Shown one piece after another: positions 1 to 12,897 of a stretch of DNA of 64,000 nt. The notes beneath the pieces are model-generated. The model saw nothing but the letters and a program-made list of their open reading frames with translations. It was not told the origin of the DNA and did not search any database. The translations under genes and the position numbers were made by a program. Every line of letters begins with the position of its first letter. Within the stretch, counting starts at the first letter, position 1. The stretch covers positions 62,682,001 through 62,746,000 of the forward strand of contig NC_043004.1 in the NCBI RefSeq assembly GCF_006345805.1, in the 5' to 3' direction. This DNA is from Octopus sinensis (lineage: Eukaryota).

Positions 1-70
1 TGTGTATGTGTATGTGTGTAAGCTATGTATATATACATATATATATATATTATATATACATATATATAAT

Positions 71-143
<73 letters not shown>

Positions 144-330
144 CATACACTCATATATCTATGTGTATGTGTTTGTTTGTCTATGTGTATGAGTCTGCGT
201 GTTTGTGTTTATACATATATGAATACATATGTGAATGTATAAAGTTATATGTATCTATGAATATATACACAGATTATCATACATATTCACATACACGTAC
301 GTACACATTCCCACACACCCACAGGCATAT
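1..330. repeat. (TA)n/(TG)n microsatellite tract
   Basis: Dinucleotide repeats read directly; the overlapping ORF is a repeat translation. Confidence 0.95.
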
Positions 331-898
331 AGTTTTTAAGTAAACAAACAAAATATGAATTCAAATGTAACCGTTTCTTCAACACATGAAAGATGATACA
401 CGATGAGCAAAAAATGCATTGAAAAATACATCGAAATTAAATGGGGACTAAGAGGTAATATTGATGGAAGGTATCAAAGTCTTGACTAGCGGAATGGTAA
501 GCCTGTCATATATTAATGCATTACATGTGAGTATATGAGTCCTAAGTAGTGTAGTCACATTTAACAGCGTATGGTCGGTTCTGGGAGTAAAAAATTTAAA
601 AAAATAAAGATCGTGAAAACATTTCAGAAATAAAAGGAAACTTACAGGAAGTAACAGGGGAAATGTTTGAAAATATATCATGTGAAGATGAAAGATGAAT
701 TAAAAGGTCTATGAAAGTGAAAGACGGGAGTAAAGAACAAGACCGATATACCGATAAACCGATATACCGATGTTTGCTTAGAGACAGGAGACAGTATTAT
801 GTCACGACGCATTTGGAGTTGAAGTAGAAACTGTTACTATTGGTGTTTAGGCATACATGTGTAAAACAACTACACATACACACGCACACATACACACA

Positions 899-952
<54 letters not shown>

Positions 953-1000
953 CATACATATATATATGTATGTATTATGTATATGTATGCATGTATATTA

Positions 1001-1114
1001 GATTACGTCGACCCCAGGAGACTACTGGTACTTAATTTATCGACCCGAAATAATAAAAGGCAAAGTCGACCTCAGCGGAATTTGAACTCAGAACGTAAAG
1101 GCAGACGAAATACC
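1001..1114 (-). mobile_element. tRNA-derived SINE fragment (family A), 5'-truncated
   Basis: Reverse complement contains a B-box-like GAGTTCAAATTCC; near-identical to 1200-1300 and homologous to the + copy at 33062. Confidence 0.75.
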
Positions 1115-1179
1115 TATTTCTTTACTACCCACAAGGGGCTAAACACAGAGAGGACAAACAAGGACAGACAAACGGATTA

Positions 1180-1345
1180 AGTCGATTATACCGACCTCAT
1201 TGCGTAACTGGTACTTATTTAGTCGACCCCGAAAGGATGAAAGGAAAAGTCGACCTCGGCGGTATTTGAACTCAGAACGTAACAGCAAACGAAATACGGC
1301 TATGCATTTCGCCCGGTGTGCAAACGTTTCGGCCATCTCGCTGCC
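1180..1345 (-). mobile_element. tRNA-derived SINE (family A)
   Basis: Reverse complement begins GGCAGCGAGATGGCCGAAACG (A-box-like) and has B-box-like GAGTTCAAATACC; the body matches 1001-1114 and 33062-33270. Confidence 0.8.
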
Positions 1346-1384
1346 TTGTGTTAGCAAGAAATATTCAAATGAAACTGAACAATG

Positions 1385-1635
1385 ACATACTTACATACAT
1401 ACATGCATACATACATACATACATACATACATACATACATACATACATACATACATGCATACACACATACATACACACATACACACATACACACATACAT
1501 ACATACATACATACATACATACATACATACATACATACATGCATACACACATACATACACACATACACACATACACACATACATACATACATACATACAT
1601 ACATGCATACATACATGCATACATGCATACATACA

Positions 1636-1666
<31 letters not shown>

Positions 1667-2150
1667 GCACATACATACACACATACATACACACATACAT
1701 ACACGCATACATACATACATACATACACATATACATACATGCATACATACATACACACACATACATACATACATACATACATACATGCATACATACATAC
1801 ATGCATACATACATACATACATACATACATACGCACATACATACACACATACATACACACATACATACACACATACATACACACATACATACATACATGC
1901 ATACATACATGCATACATACATACACACACATACATACATACATACATACATACATACATACATACATACATACAAACATACATACATACATACATACAT
2001 ACATACATACATACATACATACATACATACATACATACATACATACATACATACATACATACATACATACATACATACATACATACATACATACATACAT
2101 ACATACATACATACATACATACATACATACATACATTCATTCATTCATTC
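1385..2150. repeat. (TACA)n tetranucleotide microsatellite, about 760 bp
   Basis: Read directly; it explains six overlapping His/Tyr/Ile/Val/Cys ORFs. Confidence 0.98.
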
Positions 2151-2521
2151 TATTTGAAATATGCCGCTTCTGTGAAACCTGAAAGTAAGTTAGCTTTGAG
2201 ACTGCATTCGCAAATCAATATGTAGATATTTCAGTTTTGACCAACGCTGTGTGCAAAATATATAGGTTCACCCATAAAAGTGTTCTGATGTAAGCAAGTA
2301 TGTGCTATTTCCAGCTTTAAATCACACGAATTAAGTAGATCTATGGATGTACTTAAGTTGCACTTGGAGAACATATTTGAGTAATTTGATCTAAAGGTGC
2401 TGATATTTCTTTGTAACGCTGCCATACGGCTTTTTCTAAATCATATTCAAACTATTTTTCTTTTCTCATTCAGCACTTTATGCTGCTTATTTTTTTCTTA
2501 TCCCTGTTGTACTCAGTATTT

Positions 2522-2913
2522 TTTAGGTTTAGGAGCACTCCGTCGGTTACGACGATGAGGGTCCCAGCTGATACGATCAACGGAACAGCTTGCTCGTGGA
2601 ATTAACGTGCAAGTGGCTGAGCATTCCACAGACACGTGTACCCTTAACGTAGTTCTCGAGGAGATTCAGCGTGACACAGTGTGTGACAAGGCCGGCCCTT
2701 TGAAATACAGGTACAACAAAAACAGGAAGTAAGAGTGAGAGAAATTTGTGGTGAAAGAGTACAACAGGGTTCACCACCACCCCCTGCAGGAGCCTTGTGA
2801 AGCTTTAGGTGTTTTCGCTCAATAAACACTCACAATGCCCGGTCTGGGAATCGAAACCGCGATCCTACGACCGCGAGTCCGCTGCCCTAACCACTGGGCC
2901 ATTGCGCCTCCAC
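2522..2913 (-). mobile_element. Full-length tRNA-derived SINE (family B)
   Basis: Minus strand starts GTGGAGGCGCAATGGCCCAGTGGTTAGG (box A) then GGTTTCGATTCC (box B); its 5' body is shared with 61700-61824. Confidence 0.85.
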
Positions 2914-3147
2914 GTACTCAGTATAGATATTTATGAATCACCATGGCAGTTGCATTCGTGTGGTAAGGCTTTTGCATTTCTATCTGTCTGATATTTTCTA
3001 TTCATTCTAAATTATTAAAATAGCTACAGCACACCAAGTACATGCTGGAAAAATTAAGCGACAAGACAACTGGCCTCTAAATTTTATTAGTTTGCTGTGC
3101 CATGTAGTCTTCCTTTAACCTCTTTTTGAGAAAAACCTCGTTACATG

Positions 3148-3935
3148 TCTTTGGTTTATCAACGTCTTTAGTTTGTCTACGTTCTTTGGTTTATCAACGT
3201 CTTTAGCTTGTCTACGTTCTTTGGTCTATCAACGTCTTTAGTTTGTCTACGTTCTTTGGTTTATCAACGTCTTTAGTTTGTCTACTTTCTTTGGTTTATC
3301 AACGTCTTTAGTTTGTCTACGTTCTTTGGTTTATCAACGTCTTTAGTTTGTCTACGTTCTTTGGTTTATCAACGTCTTTAGTTTGTCTACGTTCTTTGGT
3401 TTATCAACGTCTTTAGTTTGTCTACGTTCTTTGGTCTATCAACGTCTTTAGTTTGTCTACGTTCTTTGGTTTATCAACGTCTTTAGTTTGTCTACGTTCT
3501 TTGGTCTATCAACGTCTTTAGTTTGTCTACGTTCTTTGGTTTATCAACGTCTTTAGTTTGTCTACGTTCTTTGGTTTATCAACGTCTTTAGTTTGTCTGC
3601 GTTCTTTGGTTTATCAACGTCTTTAGTTTGTCTACGTTCTTTGGTTTATCAACGTCTTTAGTTTGTCTACGTTCTTTGGTTTATCAACGTCTTTAGTTTG
3701 TCTACGTTCTTTGGTTTATCAACGTCTTTAGTTTGTCTACGTTCTTTGGTTTATCAACGTCTTTAGATTGTCTACGTTCTTTGGTTTATCAACGTCTTTA
3801 GTTTGTCTACGTTCTTTGGTTTATCAACGTCTTTAGTTTGTCTACGTTCTTTGGTTTATCAACGTCTTTAGTTTGTCTACGTTCTTTGGTCTATCAACGT
3901 CTTTAGTTTGTCTACGTTCTTTGGTTTATCAACGT
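3148..3935. repeat. 35-bp minisatellite, about 22.5 copies
   Basis: Unit CTTTGGTTTATCAACGTCTTTAGTTTGTCTACGTT recurs at a period of 35 (3151, 3186, ...) with rare substitutions and no spacers. Confidence 0.95.
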
Positions 3936-5240
3936 TCAGCGAAGGCGCAAAATTCGGCATAAGGTGACTGCATTGTTATGTCTCATTCGTTTCCCCTATT
4001 AGGTTAAATTTATCGTGTTTGCTTTTTTATGTTTTCCAATACATATTTCTGTGCATACTGTTACTGATGCTAATGGAAAGTTTAATATTTTCGTCAGTAT
4101 AAATTAGATTTTCTCTAACATTCTTATGATATTTATCTGCTTATGATATATGCGACAATGGTTCACATTCTCTAGTGTAAACCTGCTAGGAATAATCACA
4201 GTACTTCATGTTTCACCTTCGTTAAAAGAGCCTGTTTGGATGATTTTAATTCTCTGCTATTCAGTTTGCTTTGGATTGATATTTCAAAGAAAAGCTATGC
4301 GATTTCAGAAAGCTTCAGCTAGATTATACTTATATTTTGAAGGCAAATACGTTTCTAATATATATGACCTTTAGTGTGAGGTGCTTGTTTATCGAATATC
4401 AAAATTCATTTGAAATTGCAGCTGCTGCATGGTTCTGCCCTTTCTAGAATCTAATGTATATTCGTAGAGCTTAACTTGCTTGGTGGAAGAAATAAGTAGG
4501 CATTTAGTGTCCACCAAGAAAGCAAACACCCACTTATCTAATGTAATACCTACTTAGCAATTCACCAGGAATTTATGGTATTTCTGAAGATGTATTATAT
4601 ACTGCTCCATTAAATGTTATGACATACACTATTCTGTATTGTAATAAAAAATTTCCAGTTGTCTTGTGTATGCGAGATTATCTATTCTGTAAAGATTATC
4701 TTATCATTCACAAGAGATTGTCTTTATTTTATTTAAGCTAAAGAATTCCATTATTTTCTATGTGAAGTTTCGATAGTCATTACAATCGTAAATCTTAATA
4801 AATAGAATCATGATATGGAACACCACTTCAGATATATCTACTGACATTTTCCACAGACATATTTTAAGCGTTCCAACACAATATTAGTTGTTCATAGACT
4901 TTTCCTGAGTTGTATTGTCGAACAACCGGATTTTAAGGAAAGCATAGATTTCTATCTGGCATATATCAAATACAAGTTTTGATATGTGTTTATAAGAATA
5001 TTAATATATAATGTTACCATATGAAGAACGATTACATGATGTGAATTTACATATATATATATATATAATATATATATAATATATATATATAATAATAATA
5101 ATAATAAATATTAGGGAATAAATCCAAATTTACAGGGAAAAATCAGATTTAGGATTGAATCCAATTTTATAGTAAAATATAATATAATATTAATTAGAGA
5201 CAAAACCACTATTATGCAAATCATTATGCAATGTCTCTAA

Positions 5241-5338
<98 letters not shown>

Positions 5339-5889
5339 CATGTATGTATGTATGAATGTATAAGAGCACACACACATACACACATATATATATCTTTATT
5401 CGTGAAGTTCGGTTGCCAGAGACGTTTTGAATATGCCTACAAAAGCTCGCATTCTGTAACGCTGGCTAAACCCTTATGATACCAAGTAGCAACAATAGTT
5501 TTCTGCGCCTATGGGGGAAATATTAATAATAATATTTCATAGATGGAATTCATAAATATTTCAATGCATCGCTACCCGCGTTTCCGGGTGTCTCATTTTT
5601 CTTGAAATCATAGTTGGTATTCCTGGAATGATTGTAGTACAATACGTAGTATCAATGGGCTTCGTGTAGGTCATATTCATGCATTCCTTTCTTCAAGTGA
5701 TACCGCGATATGGCGATGTGCTCATATTGTCCGACGAAATGAACGCATGAATTTGATCCATCCGATGTCCATTGATACAGCGTCTATAATGTCATTATCT
5801 CAGCTATACATTCTATTATCTTAAGAGACATGAGGTTTGTGGAAACGTACGTAGCGATGTATTAAAATATTTATAAATACCAAGTATAG

Positions 5890-6108
5890 ATTATTATTAT
5901 TGTTGTTGTTGTTGTTTTTGTTGTTATTGTCGTTGCTGCTGCTGTTGTTGTTGTTTATTTTCTTCTCCTTATCATCATCATCATCATTATTATTATTATT
6001 ATTGTTATTATTATTAATATTATTATTATTATTATTATTATCATTAGTAGTAGTAGAAGTAGTCGTAGCAGTAGTAGCCGTAGCAGTAGTAGTAGTAGTA
6101 GTAATAGC

Positions 6109-6158
<50 letters not shown>

Positions 6159-6208
6159 AAGAAGAAGAAGCGGCAGCAACAATAGTGGTAGAAGTAGTAG
6201 TAGTAGTG

Positions 6209-6262
<54 letters not shown>
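5890..6262. repeat. Compound trinucleotide tract (TTG/TCA/TTA/TAG)n
   Basis: Read directly. Confidence 0.95.
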
Positions 6263-9010
6263 TATGAAGATCCACGTCTTGTTTTTGTGAGTATGATGGA
6301 AAGTACCAGCTGTCCACTTCAAATCGGCATAGTAGTTTATTTTTTCTTCTTCTTTCGCATTGAACGTCTTGGCACAAGAGCATGCCATGGCGATTACCAT
6401 GTATGGTCTTGATTTTTTTATTCACCACAATAATGTCCGGTTTCCTATGTCTACTCAGGTGATCGCATTGGATCATTAGTTACACAATTGTCATTTTTTT
6501 ATGACACCGATATTCTTCGTGTGTTTCAACAGTGGCTCCACGGCATTTTTTATATACAACCCTAGGCTGTTTTCCTCTTCTTTGGCACAGTGCTGGCAAC
6601 TGATCAAACCTCTCCCACCCTTTCTCATGGACGAGTACAGCCTATCAGTGTCATTCATAGGGTGGAAAGCTCCATGTACTGTAAACAAATTCTGGTCTTG
6701 GTATCTATTTCCATCATTTCTCTCTTTTGCCATTTTATAATTCTAGTTTCACACCGAAATGATGCCATCACTCACATATTAACTTCTTGGATTTTTTTCC
6801 ATCCAGTCAATTTTAAGCGCCGCGCGAACCTCATTCTTCGGAAATACTCCATCCACAGTTGCTCTTTCATTTCCTTCTCCATTATCTTTTTACACTCTAG
6901 TACACCAAGATATTTGTATCCTTCCGTTTCACTTTACTTAATTAAGTCTCTATTCGGCAATTCTGTTCTCGGTAGGGAATGTACCTTGCCACATTTTAGG
7001 TAGATTACTCCGCACCTCTTGAATCCAAATTCCATTCTATTATTAGTACTAAATTGGAGGACCGTGTTCACCAAGGAACTCACTTGTGTCTCATATTTGC
7101 CATACATTTTCAAATCATCAAGGAAGAGAAGGTGGTTGATTGTTTGGGATTTTCCTTTAGTTGGTACTCCAGGTTCATTTTCCTGAGTACCAAGTTCAGG
7201 GTTATCCTGCAGAGAACGAAAAGAAACAGAAATAGGGTCTCGCCCTCTTCTGCTACATAGGATGTCCATGTATTTTCCGTAAGATAGCTGTTTTCCATCA
7301 CACCATACTTCTTTTCAGGAAACACGTTACATCCCTCGCAATTCCAAAGACATTTAATCACTTGATTATTCACGAACGTGGAATCATATCGTAAGCTTTG
7401 TGATAGTCATTCCAGGCCATTCCAGATTTATTTTCTTTCGTTTATAATCTTGCATTACCATTTCCTCTATCAATTGTTGACCTTTGGTACCTCTGCACCT
7501 CCATTTTCTTCCGGCAGTAATGTATCGTTCTCATCAAGAAATGTGTACAATTCTTATGCAATTCCTCCTGACAGTAACATCCTCATTAACGGGAGGCAGG
7601 AAATTAGTCTGTAATTGTCAGCAACATTTCCATTTGATTCATCCTTCAAGCACAACACCGTTCGTCCTTTAGTCAACCAGCTCGAGATTTCATCTCTTCC
7701 CTTGATCAATACATTAAATGTTTCTCCGATTAACTTATGGCTGCTACTGAACATTTTAATCCAAAATCCCTGTACACCATCAGGTCCTGCTGCCTACTAT
7801 TTGCTTATCTGTTTACTCATATTCCTGATACTGTCTTCTGTGAAGTGGATAGATTCTTGCTGGAAATAAGAAGCTGTGTGCTTCAGGCTGGAGAGCCATT
7901 CCGCGGTAGTATTACGTTATTCTTGCTTACTTCAATTCTTACTCGCAAAAAGTTGACTTCAGCATAAGTGTCTAGTCTGTCATGTTTTTCATCGTCATTA
8001 ATCCCTTGAAAGATTCATTTTTTGTCGGTTGCAAACAATTTGTTTTGCTGGTATTGTTCATCCCTAGTTAGCTTCTTTTTTTTTTGTCTTTTTTGCATGT
8101 ATGTGCTGCTTCAGTTCAATTGCAAGATTTACCTCTTTTACATCTACAGGGTACTTCTTCCTAACATTTTCGGATTTCCTTTCATTCTTAAGTTCTCCAC
8201 TTCTTCTGACCGGTATTGACACTACACTCTTCAAGGAATTTTATATCTTCAGAAATTCTCCTTTTCATCACGATTATTTATTTCCTATTCTAATCGTTGT
8301 TGTACTATTCTAAATATTTCTCAATCCTTTCCCTCCTTTCCACCACAATCCTACTAGCGGCCTTGATCAGATTATTTGTTTGTGTGTGGTTCTTTGTTTC
8401 AATGTGTCTCAGTACAATATTGGCTTTACTCATCTTTTAGTCTCCACTGGTTAACCTTCATAAAGTCGCACATAAATTCTGTCCCTTCTGTCTATTATTA
8501 ATCGATCTCTATTATTAATCACTGATCTCAATTCTTTCACAATTCACGGTATTATATTCTTGAGAACAATTGTATATATCTTCCTCTATAACACTTTGAT
8601 TTCTCGCATGACTAAACTCACCCGATATCCTTTCTTTAATAGCTTCAAGCTCCAATTCTGTTAACCATTAATTCTTTCGTTATTGCTCTTGCTTGGTCAT
8701 ATAATCTCTGTTCAGTAAGTTCGAACAGTTCCATTACTTCCATTCACTGTGCATTCGTTTTCTGTACACTCTGACAGTCACGCAATTCGCATTCACTGGA
8801 CTTCTCGGGTAGTAACACTCCATAACCATCATGTTTAGTTTTTTACTCCACATATGCCTTGAAGCAGGCAGTTGCTGGATTACCACCGGGCACAACCTGC
8901 TGCATACTGGGGTACCTACCGGCTGCCACACCTTGAACATTTCTTCCAATCACATTCATACCGTTATTGTCATATAATTTATTTGGCATTTTCACTCACA
9001 AATGAGATTG
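6263..9010 (-). mobile_element. Decayed R4/Dong-clade non-LTR retrotransposon (RT plus restriction-like endonuclease), near full length
   Basis: Frameshifted motifs are in the expected order: N-terminal WSKKLNMMVMECYY..YRKRMH; WLTKGRTVL..NYRLISCL; INHLLFLDDLKMYG..MEFGFKRC; HP.DTDRLYSS.RKGGRGL; RKPDIIVVNKK. Confidence 0.88.
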
Positions 9011-9034
9011 TTTTTATTATTATTATTATTATTA

Positions 9035-9074
<40 letters not shown>

Positions 9075-9075
9075 T
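9010..9075. repeat. (ATT)n tract at the 5' end of the R4/Dong element
   Basis: Read directly. Confidence 0.9.
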
Positions 9076-9189
9076 GTTTGACTGAGATTCGGTCATATTC
9101 CTACTAGGATTTATGAGGGCAGCGGTTTACATGTAACCACTTTTCCGTAGACTTTCAGGTGCTTAGAACACTCCTGATAACATTGTATA

Positions 9190-10090
9190 ACAATAAAAAA
9201 AGAGGAAATGAGAATAAAATTTCTCGCTGTATTTTATGTGTAGATCACGAATATGACATTCCTTTCTTTCTGTGACCCGCCAGCTTCTCGTAAATTACCA
9301 TCTTACGTTAATACACTGCTGGTTCCGTAGGAAATAGGTTCAAACAGGATTTGGCCGAACCGGACAACCCTTTAAGTTATGAACAGATTTGGATATAATT
9401 TTAATGAGCTTGGATATTTATGTATTTGCCTGGTAATTGTTTGCCGGCTTCTTTAACTATCTTGCTCTTGTGTAATTTCAGCAGGCCGTAAAAAGACTAG
9501 GTTTATATTGGAATTTCGTGATGTAGTCTGTTACTTTTTCTGCAGGCCTTTTCCATGTAGAAATTATAACGATGCAAGATTTTTATGTTTTTTGTTGTTT
9601 AGAGTTTACAACATTTTCGTAGAAGGCATCGTTTTCTAGCATAGATGATACTAGTAATTTTTAGTATTCTGTGTCCATCAGAACTACAACACTTCGTTTG
9701 TCTGCTTCTTTAATTGTCAGGTCTTTGTCGTTTTGTAGTTCAATTGGATTTTTCCATTCTAGATTGTTGAGATTTGGATTAATTTTTCGTTTGTAGAAAG
9801 TGTACGGGAAATTTTGGATATGGCCGCATAAGTTATCTACTATTATATTCCTACTTTTAGTTGGAATGTAATTACATGTTTTTAACCAGAGATTCATCTT
9901 CGTTGTTGTAGTCAGCTAGTGCTTCTGTGAATCGTAGTTTTCTACAGAATTCCGAAATATTGTCTTTAATTTCATTATGGTTAGTTCTTCGTGGGGTTGG
10001 AGTAAACTTTAATCCATTAGCTAGTATAATACTTTTTGTTGCAGAGTTTTCTTTCAGTTCTATATTTAAGAGATGAGGTAATTTTGTGCA
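9190..10090 (-). mobile_element. Penelope-like element, N-terminal part of the RT ORF (decayed)
   Basis: Minus-strand ILANGLKFTPTP..EFCRKLRF, NLNNLEWK..NDKDLTIKEADKRSVVVLMDTEY and FYGLLKLHKSK are PLE RT motifs. Confidence 0.85.
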
Positions 10091-10180
10091 TTATTTATAT
10101 TATTTACATTCGACGGATATTTGTCCTCATCTTGTTTGTTGTTAACACAACGTTTTGGCTGATATACCTTCCATATACCC

Positions 10181-10256
10181 GTGGACAAAGAGCGTAGTGG
10201 TTAAGAGCGCAGGCTACTAACCCCAAGATACAGAGTTCGATTCCAAGCAGTGACCT
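10181..10256 (+). promoter_or_regulatory. tRNA-derived Pol III head (boxes A and B), SINE-type
   Basis: TAGTGGTTAAG at 10195-10205 and GAGTTCGATTCC at 10233-10244, with tRNA spacing; no proper acceptor stem. Confidence 0.7.
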
Positions 10257-10273
10257 TAACAATAATAATAATA

Positions 10274-10317
<44 letters not shown>

Positions 10318-10366
10318 GTAATAATGATATAATAATAATAATAATATAATAATAATAATAATAATA

Positions 10367-10398
<32 letters not shown>

Positions 10399-10407
10399 GT
10401 AATAATG

Positions 10408-10464
<57 letters not shown>

Positions 10465-10494
10465 TAATCATAATAATAATAATAATAATAAAAA
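10257..10494. repeat. (AAT)n tract
   Basis: Read directly. Confidence 0.95.
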
Positions 10495-10542
10495 CATCGA
10501 AGAATACCTTAGGAATGAGAACCCAAGTTCGAAATTTCCCAA

Positions 10543-10588
10543 GACGCCTGAAGAAGGCTGGAGGATATATCAGCCGAAACGTTGTGTT
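10543..10588 (+). ncRNA. Minimal type I hammerhead ribozyme motif (PLE pseudo-LTR type)
   Basis: Stem I GACGC/GUGUU (two G-U pairs), core CUGAAGA 10548-10554, one extra A, stem II GGCUG/CAGCC, then GAAAC-GUU with palindromic AACGUU; predicted cut after 10583. Confidence 0.6.
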
Positions 10589-10639
10589 AACAACAAACAA
10601 GATGAGGACAAATATCCATCGAATGTAAATAATGTAAAT

Positions 10640-11500
10640 AGAGTTTTTTTTTGATAAATTTATTACTTTGGCTTTCTCTTGTAAGTTTTGTTCCAACATG
10701 TGTCCCTGTTTCTCTCCACCCCGTCTAAAAAAATGTTTACTGTAATTTGGTTGGTAGAAATTATTAGTATTATTATTGGTATTAATTATGTCAGTATTAT
10801 TATTATTGTTATTATTTATTATATTGGGACTGCTGGGTAGTTGGTGTTGCTGTCTGGGTAAACTGGTTGGCAGCACATGGTTCGGGTTTCGTTGTTGGAA
10901 TAAATTGATAGGGTGCTTAATTTTGCTTGGGATGTCGAGGAGTTGGTTTTGCTGCCTGAGTAAATAGGCTGAAAATCCATAGGTTGAGTTTCTTCCTTAA
11001 GGGGTAGAGGAGGTCACTTGAACATTTCCAGTTGCTGGGAAAAAATTACTCCTAACCCTACGTTCGTTTCTTCTAGTATTTCTCATTACTGAGTTGTCCC
11101 TAGTATTAGATTTAGAATGGTATACTTCCAGGTGAGAAGCCAGTTTTGTGTGTTTGTGTTCTTTCAGATAATTATAATTTAATCTAGTTGGACGTATATT
11201 CGTTTCTGAAGTTGTTGTTGTTCTAGATTTTTTCAGGGTGGGGTGATCTGAAGTGTAGTCTCTTTTAAACTGAGCATCGTAACTAAGGAAGAAATTGACA
11301 CAGTTTTCCCATCGTTGCAGGGAGTGTATTTCTTTCGATTCGCAGCTGTCTTTCCAGGGTTTTGTAAAACTTTCCAAACGTTGTTTATCAGCATGTTTAG
11401 TGTGTTCGGTGTGCATTTCTTCATCGAACATTTTATATGTTGGCTTGTTATTCGATGCTCTGTGTTTAAGTAACTCAGTCACTATTTTCATTTTTTCCGG
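10640..11500 (-). mobile_element. 5' region of a Penelope-like element
   Basis: Minus ORFs 10997-11491 and 10256-10876 lead into KAKVINLSKK, the usual start of the PLE RT ORF; collinear with 9190-10090. Confidence 0.55.
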
Positions 11501-11519
11501 AACGCATAAATCACCTCTT

Positions 11520-12431
11520 TATTAATCAATCCTTATAAGGTATACTTCAGAACATTTGTTTCATATTTTATGACACCTACTATCGTCAAAAATGCAGAAT
11601 TGCGAGGGAAAGAAAGCATCCTCGATTCTTGCGAACATGATAGTGAGTTATTTTGAATTCACCATATATGAAGTGTCACTGAAAAAATATGGTTATCCAT
11701 TTCACCATTACATAAGGGAAAACAAGAAAAGATACCTGGATGACTGTCTTATCATTTGGAAGGGGATTTTCGATAATCTTTCGGAATTCAAAACAAGACT
11801 AAATGATATAAACAGTAATATTCACTTCAAAATAGAATATAGCAACGACCAGTTCCCATTTTTGGATGTTATGATAAAAAAATTCAACAACCAAATTATA
11901 ACTGACGTTTATCATAAACCAACAGACTCGAAGCAAAATCTCCTTTTTAACTCATGCTACCCGAAACACATCAATAAATAACCTCATTAATTTGGCAAAA
12001 CGATTTGCATAATAGTCTGATAGAACTACTCGAGACCTTCGTCTTCAAGACCTCAGAACAACACTACCTGAAAGACAATATCCACTCTCACTTATAGACG
12101 ATGGGGTTAAGGGTGGCAAGAAATTAGACATGAAAACACTAAATACAACAAAACATAACACTACACCACATCTCAAAACACTACTCTATATACCAACTCA
12201 CGACCCTTGAAATAATGAGGCATAAAACACTATTGTGCAAAATCTTCCTTTACTAACTAAAGACCCAGAAATGAACAACATCCTGAAAGCATATACATTC
12301 ATCAAATGCCAAAAGCAACATAAATCACTAATGATACTTCTAACAAATGCGAAGCTTTACAAATCAACCGCGAAACTAACGGTTAACAAATGTGAATGGC
12401 CAAATGTGACACCTTTACCTCACATAACCAA

Positions 12432-12435
<4 letters not shown>
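11520..12435 (+). mobile_element. Penelope-like element RT core/thumb (decayed)
   Basis: RYLDDCLIIW, FKIEYSNDQFPFLDVMI, TDVYHKPTDSKQNLLFNSCYPKH; KSLMILLTNAK precedes a truncated Cys linker. Confidence 0.92.
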
Positions 12436-12502
<67 letters not shown>

Positions 12503-12816
12503 ATACACACACATATACATGCACACATATGCTTCTGTATGTGTTTACTAGTGCGTCTAGTTATGCCTCCTACAACATTTCTACTTACTAGGTTAACTGG
12601 TGACTATGTAATAGTTCTGACTTTTTGCATGTTCCGCCCTTCGACAAATCAGCCGTCATCGCCAGTCTTGCGCTGGGGCTTCGCGACAAGTTACATGCTA
12701 AATTATCCTGCGTAATATAAACGAAAGTTTGACAAAAACCACATGATTTCAAAATTTCAACTGTGACTGTGAGGCGTGCATATATACTTATACACATACA
12801 CACACAAACAAACACT

Positions 12817-12897
<81 letters not shown>

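Noticed and set aside
3148-3935. 35-bp repeat array as a CRISPR array
   Set aside because: The units are contiguous with no unique spacers, there are no cas genes, and the context is eukaryotic.
4200-4900. Very old Penelope RT remnant (minus); similar hints at 16900-17900, 18900-19200 and 50400-51350
   Set aside because: Only scattered 3-5 residue resemblances across stops and frameshifts; needs a profile HMM search to support.
10181-10256. Genuine tRNA gene
   Set aside because: It has boxes A and B but no convincing acceptor stem, and runs straight into (AAT)n; better treated as a SINE-type head.
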